Of a DNA stretch of 64,000 nucleotides, positions 27,845-38,580 are shown piece after piece. The stretch's first letter is position 1; each line of letters starts with the position of its first letter. Under the pieces are notes generated by a model. It was given only the letters and a program-made list of their open reading frames with translations, was not told where the DNA came from and did no database searches. The stretch comes from Paragordius varius. Lineage: Eukaryota; Animalia; Nematomorpha. The translations under genes were made by a program, and so were the position numbers. The stretch lies in assembly GCA_964247055.1 (NCBI GenBank), contig OZ176058.1, forward strand, positions 2,418,001-2,482,000, read 5' to 3'.

Positions 27845-30800
27845 CTTGTTTTAGGGAATATCCTTTGGGATTTTTAAATTTTATTTTAACATCCGTTCTC
27901 CATGCTATTCCCTTTTGAAGCAAATTAACGCGTATACTTGATTCAGGACTTTTTCGATAATACAATTCTATGGTATCTAACGTAATATATTAGACAAAAA
28001 AATTTTTTGTAGCAAATTTTTCATGCAAACGAAACATTTTTTCAATTGACTTTGCTTGAAAAATGTTGCATTTGCATAAAAAATGTTGATTCATGGTATA
28101 ATATAAATTACATGGTCTTTTAAATTACCGAAATAAATTAAACAGCAAATGTACCATTTTTAGGTCTTTAGGAGGGGCTATTGTTAAAATTCCTTATTTT
28201 AAATCTTATGAAAGTGGAACTATGGATAATATAAATACCGTTTGAAATTTCAAATATTTGAAGCTATTTATTAGATTAACATTAAAAATTTAAATTGATT
28301 AGAAAATTAAAAGACAATTTATTTAGAAAAAAAATGCGGTATTTTTTTTGGTTTTTCAAAACCTAAATAATTAAAATTGTGAAATATTTATATAAAGTAG
28401 TTACCATTTTTAACGCTAAACGATAGGTTATGATAATAAAATCAAGGATAAAATAATATTTTATTGTCTTTATATTTTTCAATTTTAATGTAGAAAAAAA
28501 TAATTAAACGAAAACAAAAACTAATATTCTTTATTTTATGCAGAAGACAACTAAGATACGGAAAATAGAAACAATTGGAAAACAAAAAAAATAAAAACTT
28601 CTTTATTTTCAGTTACCGTCAATTTTAAAGATTAACTGGTTTTATGATATATATGTATATATACCATTTACAGTTCAAATTCACCCTTGAACAATTCAAA
28701 TTCACCCTTGAACAATTCAAATTCACCCTTGAACAATTCAAATTCACCCCTGAACAATTCAAATTCACATTTGAACAATTCAAATTCACCCTAAAAATAA
28801 ATTATCTATTTTCGAACTAATATAACTAACTCATTATTAATATGAAATATATGTTTATGTTATAGTTTATAATTTTTTCAGTATTATTTTAATTTAAAAC
28901 AAAATTTTTATTTTTTTAAAAATATATAAAAATATTGGTAATTTTTGATCTTAAAAAACTTATATTTTATTTAAGGGTGAATTTGAATTGTTCGAGGGTG
29001 AATTTGAATTGTTCAAGGGTGAATTTGAATTGTTCACGGGTGAATTTGAACTGTAAATGGTATATATATATATAGAGAGAGAGAGAAAGAAAGTAAAAAT
29101 TGGAATTATACGGACAAAACGCAATAATATAATGACAAATTTTGTTCTCAAAAAGACAACCATACTTTTTAATACCTTAATTTTTTTGTTATGAAAAAAA
29201 TCAATTACCAGTGTAAAATATATAAATGATTGTGTTACCATACATCGTTAGTTCCTACTTTGCACAATAAACAATGATTTATGATTTAAAAAAATTATAA
29301 AGATTTAAATAGTATGGATGGTGATTGTATCATAGAAAAAAATGTTATTGTCTTTATATTTTACATGTTTTGCCCGTTTCAAACTGTATCCTTTATTTTA
29401 TCAAAAATTTATTTCTTTCGTTAAATGGGTATAAATAATTGGTAAAAATTGGAATAAACAAGAGCTCTATGGTATTAACAATATCTATCATATTCATCAA
29501 AAAAGTATAAAAATTACCATAGAGCTCTCATGTTTTTTCCATTCTTTCCCAAATATTTATGTTTATACCCCCATTTTTAACGAAAAAAAAACAAAATAAA
29601 TTTTGGATAAAATAAAGGATAATGACCGATATATCTAAAAAAGTATAAGAATTACCATAGAGCTCTCTTGTTTTTTCCATTCTTTACCAAATTTATATTT
29701 ATTTCCCCATTTTCAACGAAAAAAATAAAACAAATTTTTGATAAAATAAATGAAACATGACTGTATACCATAGAGCTCTATTATTTTTTCCATTCTTTAC
29801 CATATATTTATATTTATACCCCCATTTTTAACGAAAAAAAAATTATAAATTTTTGATAAAATAAAGAATACATGACTGTAATACCATAGAGATTTATTGT
29901 TTTTTCCATTCTTTACCAAATTTTTATATTTATACCCCCATTTATAACGAAAAAAAAATAAAATAAATTTTTGATAAAATAAAGGATACATGACTGTAAT
30001 ATCATAGAGCTCTATTGTTTATTCCATTCTTTACCAAATATTATTCATACCCCTATTTTTAACGTGAAAAAAAAACAAAATAAATTTTTGATAAAATAAA
30101 GGATACATGACTGATATATACAAAAAAGTATAGGAATTACCATAGAGCTCTCTTGTTTTTTTCCATTCTTTCCCAAATATTTATGTTTATACCCCCATTT
30201 TTAACGAAAAAAACAAAACAAAATAAATTTTGGATAAAATAAAGGATACATGACTTATATAAAAAAATATAAGAATTACCATAAAGCTCTATTGTTTTTT
30301 CCAATCTCTACCAATATTTATACCATAAAATAATAATTTAAATTCTCGTAAACAATTTATTAAATTCAAACTATATCCAAAATTTTCGATACATGAAAGT
30401 ATCTTTTTCAATGGATTAACTAAAACAAAAGAAAAAAATAATAAAATCTATTAAAACAAATTTGAAAATTATGATAACAAAAAAATACCCCCATTTTTAA
30501 CGAAAAAAACAAAATAAATTTTTGATTTTTCATACGCGCATACCATTAAATAAGCTATTAGCAATTGCTCCACAAGGGGCAATAGGCACACTTCCATTCA
30601 CATAAGCAAACGGTTCACAATCCACAAATTCGAGCGGGCCGCCACCTTTGGGATGTCCTTGCAGCTGTTTATCATCGCGACTTTTAACATATCGTCGATG
30701 GTTTTGGTAAAAATTGGTTAGTCCATAGTAAATGTATACATCAGACTATAGATATATGATGAATAAACCATTTAATTACATTTTAAATTCACCCTTCGAA

Positions 30801-33800
30801 AAATTAGAATTACCCTTTGAACAATTCAAATTAAGCTTAAAAAAGGTAAATTCAGAATATGTAACGTCGATGGTTTTGGTAGAAATTGGTAAGTCCGTAG
30901 TAAATGTATACATCAGACTATAGATATGATGAATAAACCATTTACATTTCAAATTCACCCTTTAATAAAATTCACCCTTCGAATTATTTATAAATTTACC
31001 CTTGAACAATTCAAATTAACCTTAAAATAAATTATGTGTTTTCGAGCTAATATAACTCATCAATACTATGAAATATTTCTTTATAGCTAATTTATTATTT
31101 TCAGTATTATGATAATTATAAATGAAATATTTTTTTTTATTATTAACATATAGGTTATTAGTAAAAAACATAATTTTTTCAGGGTAAATTTGAATTGTTT
31201 AATAATGATTTCGAACTATATTATGAGTGTTTGTGTGGTAATAAATTCGGATGAAAGTTAAATAAATTTAATTTGTGTAATATAAAATATTCATAGTTAT
31301 GATGCCATATTAAAAAATTGAGCATCAATTCAAATTCACCCTTGAACAATTTAAATTCACCCTCAAATAAAAATGTTTTTAATTTTAAAAATTACCTATA
31401 TTGTATATTATTAAAAAATAAAAACTTTCTTTTAAATTAAAATAATACTGAAAAAATAACAAACTATGCCATAAAGATGTAATATTAAAAATTAGTGGGA
31501 AAACACATAATTTATTTTTAGGGTGAATATGAACTGTAAATAGTATATAGGCAGACGACCAATAAAATTAAAAGTTGTTCATGCACAAAGCTTTTTTTTT
31601 ACAATTGTTATATTTTAAACAGACACGGTATACATATATAACTATCCAATATTTTTAAAATCAAGGCTAAAGTTAAAAACAAAATTAAAAGTCCCCTTCC
31701 TACCTTAAAATGTTGTTTGAGCGTGAAACTGACTTTACAGAGGCATGCCCCAAATTGACCAGTTAATGTTTTTAACATATCACTACACCGTTTTCCATTC
31801 AAGGCATAGCAAAATAAATAAATTTGAACTATGAAAAAATTTTTGTAGTGTAAACAGACGACTATAAAAGTTCATTTCTCTAATATGATAGTCAAAGACA
31901 TGCAAAGCTTTTTGTACTAATTGTTATATTTCAAGCGGTTACAGACACGGTATACATATTTAACTCTCCAATATCTTTAAACTCAAGGTTAAAGTTGACA
32001 AAAAAGTCCTTCCTACCTTAAAATGTTCTTTGAGCGTGAAACTGATTTTACAAAGGTAATAGAGTCATAGAGTTTTAACTGATAGCTACACCGTTCGCCA
32101 TTCAAGACATAGCAAAACAAATAAATTTGAACTATACAAATTTTTTTGTAGTTTAAACAGACGACAATAAATAAAATTAAAAGTTTATTTCTCTAATATT
32201 ATAATCTGACACATGCAAAGCTTTTTTTTACTAATTGTTATATTTCTAGCGGTAACAGACACGGTATACATACCTAACTATCCAATCTCTTTAAACCCAA
32301 GGTTAAAGTTACAAAAATTTAAAAGTCCCCTTCCTACCTTAAAATGTTCTTTGAGCGTGAAACTGACTTTACAGTGTCATGCCCCAAATTGGGCAGTTAG
32401 AGTTTTTAACATATCACTACACCGTTCACCATTCAAGGCATGGTAAAACAAATAAATTTTAACTATACAAAAATTTTGTAGTGTAAGCAGACGAAAATAA
32501 AAGTTCATTTCTCTAATATGATAGTCTGACACATGGAAAGCTTTTTTAGTTATATAAGCAGTAACAGACACGGTATACTACCCAATATCTTTAAACTCAA
32601 GGTTGAATTTAAAAACGCTAACCAAAAATTCCTACCTTAAAATGTTCTTTGAGCGTGAAACTGACTTTACAGTGGCATGCCCCAAATTGGGCAGTTAGTG
32701 TTTTTAACATTTCACTACACCGTTCACCATTCAAGTCATAGCAAAATATATAATTTGAACTATATAAAATTTTTTGTAGTGTAAACAGACGACAATAAAT
32801 AAAATTAAAAGTTCATTTCTCTAATATGATAGTCACACACATGTAAAGCTTTTTTTTACTAATTGTTATATTTCAAGCGGTTACAGACACGGTATACATA
32901 TATAACTATCCAATCTCTTTAAATTATATGCTGAATAAAATGTCATTTAAAATCCTACCTTAAAATGTTTGAGCGTGAAACTGACTTTACAATGACATGC
33001 CCCAAATTGGGCAGTTAGTGTTTTTAACATATCACTACACCGTTCTCCATTCAAGGCATAGCAAAACAAATAAATTTGAACTATACAAATTGTAGTGTAA
33101 ACAGACAACAAAAGTTTAAAGTTCATTTCTCTAATATAATAGTCTGACACATGTAAAGCTTTTTTTTACTAATTGTTATTTTCAAGCGGTAACAGACACG
33201 GTATACATATATAACTCTCCAATCTCTTTAAACTCAAGGTTGAATTTAAAAACGCTAACCAAAATTGCTACCTTAAAATGTTCTTTGAGTGTGAAACTGA
33301 CTTTACAGTGGCATGCCCCAAATTGGGCAGTTAGTGTTTTTAACATATCACTACACCATTTTCCATTCAAGGCATATCAAAATAAATAAATTTGAACTAT
33401 GAAAAAATTTTTTGTAGTGTAAACAGACGACAATAAATAAAATTAAAAGTTCGTTTCTCTAATATGATAGTCAGACACATGCAAAGCTTTTTTACTAGAT
33501 GTTATATTTCAAGCGGTAACAGACACGGTATACATATATAACTCTCCAATATCTTTAAACTCAAGGTTAAAGTTGACAAAAAAGTCCTTCCTACCTTAAA
33601 ATGTTCTTTGAGCGTGAAACTGATTTTACAAAGGTAATAGGGTCATAGAGTTTTAACTGATAGCTACACCGTTCGCCATTCAAGGCATAGCAAAACAAAT
33701 AAATTTAAACTATACAAATTTTTTTGTAGTTTAAACAGACGACAATAAATAAAATTAAAAGTTTATTTCTTTAATATGATAGTCACACACCTGTAAAGCT

Positions 33801-35992
33801 TTTTTTTTACTAATTGTTATATTTCAAGCGGTAACAGACACGGTATACAAATATATAACTATGCAATCTTTTTAAACCAAAGGTTAAAGTTAAAAACGCT
33901 AACCAAAAATTCCTACCTTAAACTGTTCTTTAAGGGTGAAACTGACTTTACAATGGCATGCCGCAAATTGGGCAGTTAGTGTTTTTAACATATCACTACA
34001 CCGTTCTCCATTTAGGGCATAACAAAATAAATTTGAACTATACAAAATTTTTGTAGTGTAAGCAGACGTCAATAAATATAATTAAAAGTTTATTTCTCTA
34101 ATATTATAATCTGACACATGCAAAGCTTTTTTTTACTAATTGTTATATTTCTAGCGGTAACAGACACGGTATACATACCTAACTATCCAATCTCTTTAAA
34201 CCCAAGGTTAAAGTTACAAAAATTTAAAAGTCCCCTTCCTACCTTAAAATGTTCTTTGAGCGTGAAACTGACTTTACAGTGTCATGCCCCAAATTGGGCA
34301 GTTAGAGTTTTTAACATATCACTACACCACCATTCAAGGCATGGTAAAACAAATAAATTTTAACTATACAAAAATTTTGTAGTGTAAGCAGACGAAAATA
34401 AAAGTTCATTTCTCTAATATGATAGTCTGACACATGCAAAGTTTTTTTTACTAATTGTTATATTTTAAGCGGTAACAGACACGGTATACATATATAACTA
34501 TCCAATCTCTTTAAACTCAAGGTTAAAGTTAACAAAAAAGTTTTTCCTACCTTAAAATGTTCTTTGAGTGTGAAACTGACTTTACAGTGGCATGCCCCAA
34601 ATTGGGCAGTTAGAGTTTTTAACATATTACTACACCGTTCTCCATTCAGAGCCCGACAATGCGTATATTCAATAATGTGTTCATTAACCCGGTTAGACGT
34701 GATAAGTAGGCCAATTCCTATGGGGACAAACAGACATCCAATGACAAAAAATGAGGGTAGGACACTATTGGCCGTAAGAATAGGTTGCCAAGCTGGTAAT
34801 CGCTGTTGCTTAAAATCGGAATCTAATGTGTGTGTATATATATATATATATGGGAAAAAAATGTATGTATATATTTATATATAGATCAGTCGTATTTAAA
34901 CTAAAATCGCCTTAAAAGTCCATTTTTATGGCTTTGAATGATTATAGTCTCAAATATTTATATTGATCAATTTATATTATTTACATTGGCTGATTGACAC
35001 GCCACAATAGCGTATGATATAAAACAAAAATTTTGTCTATAATAATCAAAAGATTAATTGTAAGATAAAAATTGTTCTATACCATCTATTGTTTTTACCC
35101 ATATGCTACTATGTTGTCCAATTTAAGTAACACAAATGTGTATACTATATACTAGAAATGTCTAGCTATATCCATTTACAATTCAAATTCACCCTCAAAT
35201 AAATTATGTGTTTTTTAAATTAATAATAACCTATTATTTTAAAAATAAAATTTTGTTTAAAATTAAAATAATACTCAAAAAAAATATTAAACTATGATAT
35301 AAAGATATATTTCATATTAATAATGAGTTATAGTAGTTTGAAAATACATAGGGGAGATTTGAACTGCAAGTGGTATATATATATATATATATATAGATCA
35401 ATGGTATATAAACTGCGGCCTTTAAAGTGCCTGGGCAACAATCTAATTTATAAGACCTATAAAAAATATGGTAAGCCTTGTCGCTACCAATTCGATAAGA
35501 AATGTTGGCCTAAAATATTAAGCACTTAAAATTAATAAGCTATTAAATTTTGACGGTTATTCACCAAAAAAATTTGAAGGGCCAAAAAATATTTTTTTTC
35601 GCAATGGCCATAAAATCAATAAAAATTCAAAAGCAATTTGAAAAATTTAAAGATATTAGCCATAAAAAGCGCTTTTAGAGCTGTGGTTTAAGTAACACTG
35701 TTTTAAGATAAAAAATATTATGAAACAAAAGCTCAATTTTCATTTTTTTATAGCGTATGTCCAAGTAAAAAGTATCAAAATGGACAATATTAAATAAATT
35801 ACACTTAATAATACATAATTTAACCAGGTGTTTCAAATAAAAATTAAATATCTAAAACACAAATTATACAGTTTTGTACAAAAATTAAGCCGTAGTTAAG
35901 TAAATTATAATTAAATACGATAAATATTTACTTGCGGGTTTGTTTGCATTTAAAGAAGGGTTATTATTGTTGATGTGTTGAAATTTAACCAT
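25055..35992 (-). CDS. TMEM30A: CDC50/TMEM30 P4-ATPase flippase beta subunit, complete 7-exon gene, 381 aa
   Basis: join(complement) 35932-35992, 34551-34822, 30544-30745, 27845-27976, 26920-27186, 25219-25384, 25055-25100 = 1146 nt, all GT-AG and phase-consistent; hallmark motifs [75 protein letters not shown]. Confidence 0.95.
25219..25384 (-). CDS. TMEM30A: CDC50 exon 6 ([16 protein letters not shown]2)
   Basis: Within ORF 25173-25376; TTTAG acceptor, AA|GTATGT donor. Confidence 0.95.
25880..26910 (-). repeat. Intronic array (~7 units of 110-150 bp) echoing the CDC50 exon 5 donor junction
   Basis: Units contain 'aaaatgttgcttttgactgaaaaatc.gatagatattgatacatacataccat', matching the real junction 'aaaatgttgcttttgactgaaaaatagtatagaatttgaaacatacataccat'. 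Confidence 0.8.
26920..27186 (-). CDS. TMEM30A: CDC50 exon 5 (KPINW...[17 protein letters not shown])
   Basis: Within ORF 26846-27145; TTCCAG acceptor, G|GTATGT donor. Confidence 0.95.
27204..27469. mobile_element. Family-1 MITE (TA|CCATTTACAG...CTGTAAATGG|TA)
   Basis: Inverted termini flanked by TA/(TA)n; Tc1/mariner-type TA target inferred. Confidence 0.8.
27845..27976 (-). CDS. TMEM30A: CDC50 exon 4 (DTIELYY...[16 protein letters not shown])
   Basis: Within ORF 27780-27965; GIAW.TD..KF.NP motif; phase 1-1. Confidence 0.92.
28664..29060. mobile_element. Family-1 MITE with 21-bp subterminal arrays
   Basis: CCATTTACAGTTCAAATTCACCC termini; (ttgaacaattcaaattcaccc)n left arm and inverted right arm; TA flanks. 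Confidence 0.9.
29370..30530 (-). repeat. Intronic array (~7 direct and 1 inverted units of ~120 bp) echoing the CDC50 exon 3 donor region
   Basis: Unit 'tacccccatttttaacgaaaaaaacaaaataaatttttgat...taccatagagctctatt' parallels the real junction 30486-30560. Confidence 0.7.
30544..30745 (-). CDS. TMEM30A: CDC50 exon 3 ([25 protein letters not shown]...[11 protein letters not shown])
   Basis: TATAG acceptor, G|GTATGC donor, conserved motifs. Confidence 0.95.
30861..30935 (-). repeat. Single echo of the CDC50 exon 3 acceptor plus first 19 codons
   Basis: tatAG|tct gat gta tac att tac tac gga ctt acc aat ttc tac caa aac cat cga cgt tac, then diverges to a stop. Confidence 0.95.
30938..31545. 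mobile_element. Two degenerate family-1 MITE copies
   Basis: ccatttacatttcaaattcaccc...gggtaaatttgaattg (30938-31215) and caaattcacccttgaacaa...gggtgaatatgaactgtaaatagta (31325-31545). Confidence 0.6.
31545..34550 (-). repeat. Intronic array of 9 units (300-325 bp), each with the last ~34 codons of CDC50 exon 2, the donor and ~200 nt of intron
   Basis: ORF-track peptides repeat [34 protein letters not shown]|V; donors (plus-strand ctacctt) at ~31699, 32013, 32333, 32632, 32955, 33268, 33591, 33913, 34219. Confidence 0.95.
34551..34822 (-). CDS. TMEM30A: CDC50 exon 2 ([11 protein letters not shown]1, ...[14 protein letters not shown])
   Basis: Open frame between TTAG acceptor and AAG|GTAGG donor. 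Confidence 0.95.
35174..35373. mobile_element. Family-1 MITE in CDC50 intron 1
   Basis: ccatttacaattcaaattcaccc ... gatttgaactgcaagtgg, flanked by TA. Confidence 0.75.
35932..35992 (-). CDS. TMEM30A: CDC50 exon 1 ([20 protein letters not shown])
   Basis: ATG at 35992, phase-1 donor GTAAAT; joins exon 2 to give [15 protein letters not shown], like the family ..RP.N.AFKQQ. Confidence 0.8.
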
Positions 35993-37699
35993 GCCAAAAT
36001 ATGTTGTTTAACCCATCGTCTGGTTACCAATATGTTTGAGACAATGAAAGCGATGCATGTGTTAATTTTAAATATTTTTTTTATTAAAAGATTTATTATA
36101 ACTTGTCTCATATTATAAAATAATTAATGACTAAATTGACTTAGCTATCAGTTAAAATGTATTAAATTTTTTAAAAGGATATCGCATCTAAGTTTTTCAT
36201 ATAATTTTTTGATTTTATTGTGATTTCAAAATTTACGAAATCGATCGCATTATGATCAATCTTAATATTTTATAATTATAAATCTATCGAAACTTTTAAA
36301 TTTGGAATTTGCAAATAATTATGAATATTTTTACCGCTTAAGAAGCTATAGCCGTCAAAATATTTTACGCATATTTCGCTAAAAATATGTGGAATATGAT
36401 TTTATTAAAAAGGTACCATTAATACTTGGATACAACAGATTCATTTTAGTCCTTCGATTCAAATTGGGGTAGTTGGATACCCCAGGCCTGTTTAAAAGGA
36501 ATCGAAACCATGGCAAAATTTTGCACTTATCTAACATTAAACCGAAATATATAAAAAAATTTATTCGATAACACTGTGACACAACTTTTTCTGGACTCGA
36601 TTTTCTAAATATTTTCTGATTCCTTATAGTATTGTGATCAGAATTGCATAAAAAATTTTTTTATTTACTCAGCTCGTTTTCGAGATATGGGACTTTTTCC
36701 ATATTTGGACATATACAAAATTTTCTTGTTTGTAAATATTTTTCGCTATGTAAACAAATAATATGTGGCTTACATAAGTATTTTTAGAAGAAATTACCAA
36801 TTTATCTTCAAAATAAAAAAAAAATTTACTCAAAATATCCAATACTTTTTGTTTTAGGGGGCAAAAACCCTCAAAAATTGGGTAACTTATCATTTTTTCT
36901 CACAAATATTTTTTATCAATTTATTAAATCAAAACAAACTTTATTATATGTTCTTGGATGTTAATGATGTTTGTTTAAGTATAAATATCACTTTGTAATA
37001 GCTTTGTGGACTTTTATTTTAAAAAATAAATTTAATTTTTACAGCTTTTTTGCTGCTTTTTTTTATGTAAAAAATGATTTAATTTACTCAGCTATAAATA
37101 ATTTCATTTTTTCATCTGAAATTTTTAAATTTTGACCATATATGGTGTCAGATATGTTGATTCGTTTGCTTCATTTTTAAATATTTTAAAATAATATGAA
37201 ATGGACAGTAATTATTCTTATATAAATTTGTAATTGAATTCTGAATCGGAAAAATTGTTTGCCTTTTGAAGAGAAGAACACACTTTGATACCATCAAATA
37301 CAATATATATATATACTTTAGGGATATGGATGATTCCCTCTTTGTCAAGAGTGCAATCTAAAGAAGCTTATTACCCTGATGAAGTTTTACGACACTCAGA
37401 AATGAATTCTTTTTAATTAAAGTTGAATCACCCATAAAATTTCAGTTGTTTAGGGAACAGTACGTATGCCACAGGGAAATCAAAGGAAAGCACCCTCATA
37501 TACTAAATTATATTTTTAATAATTTTAACCATATATTCTTATAAATTTTATTTGGGTTATCGTCACTTCGGATAAATTATTGTTTTTTGTCGTTAACGTT
37601 TCATTTAATTTAAACTATTGTCGCTTATCAACAACTCTAATCAAACCTTTGTTTTTTGCTGATATGTGTTTATTTTTAAACATAAATTTAAGTTAATGA

Positions 37700-37820
37700 T
37701 ATTTTACCCCAGCCTGTTGGGATCTATATTTAACTGATTGGTTTATTCTACCTAGGCAATGTATGACATCGCCCAAGTATTTAAAATTATTTACCAATTC
37801 GATTTTGGCGTCTGCCATAT
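37700..37820 (-). pseudogene. Non-LTR retrotransposon RT C-terminal fragment
   Basis: Reads ADAKIELVNNFKYLGDVI, like the E.V..FKYLG..I motif of LINE RT; upstream sequence is degraded. Confidence 0.4.
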
Positions 37821-38257
37821 AAAAGTATTTTATTGATTTCTTTCATACATTCTTATAAAAACAATATATCGATCAGGTAGTTATATTACCATGACAAAGT
37901 ACCCAATCGCAACAATTTGTATATCACATCAGCTAATAGATTAGCTTTCAATATAGACGATTGTGCAGAGAAAATTGGATATGCCATATCTTATCAAAAA
38001 CGTTTAAATAAAATATAATACCATTAATAAATGATTTTATCATAATATATTGAACTATATGCAAATCCTAATTATAATCAGTTATTAGAGTGAATATTTA
38101 GAATATATTTTGGTGTACAGATGTTAAGACACGGATAATCTAATCTTAAATAAAGTAAATTAGGTGTAGAAAAAATAAAATAATAATTTATTTATTCATA
38201 TATATATAATCGCAAATTAAATTTATATTGTTTCGATAGGTTTTTTCGAAGGGTTTT

Positions 38258-38580
38258 CTAAAAATACCGTTTTGAGAGATGCAATATTTTGGTTAGGGAT
38301 ATCACCTCAGTGCCACTTAATTTATTAGTGTCCTTTATATCTTGATGATAAAATTCCAAATCAGTATCATCCATCATATCAAATAAATCTTGAATGGTTG
38401 GAGATGAAGATACGGGAAGGTCAATGGAATGATAAACAGACGAATTGCACAAAAGTTTGGATATTCGATAGGCATTTTTTTGGAACTGCACAAAAGTAAC
38501 ATTCAGAATGAGATTTTGGCTCTCGCCATATCATAGGGATACCCCAAGGGAATCCAGGTCCGGTTTTGTGGTACCATGCT
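38258..38580 (-). pseudogene. Chapaev3-like transposase N-terminal Zn-finger relic
   Basis: GIPMIWREPKSHSECYFC followed, after a frameshift, by SVYHSIDLPVS; matches the recalled P(M)IWREP..H..DCYFC...PVPHS.DLPVP motif; family assignment is from memory. Confidence 0.65.

Noticed and set aside
31608-34363. Repeated ORFs suggesting multiple CDC50 paralogs
   Set aside because: Each holds only ~34 codons of one exon; no complete paralog can be assembled
25880-34550. CRISPR-like or telomeric interpretation of regular repeats
   Set aside because: Eukaryotic intronic context, no unique spacers or cas genes; units are explained by local exon-edge duplication
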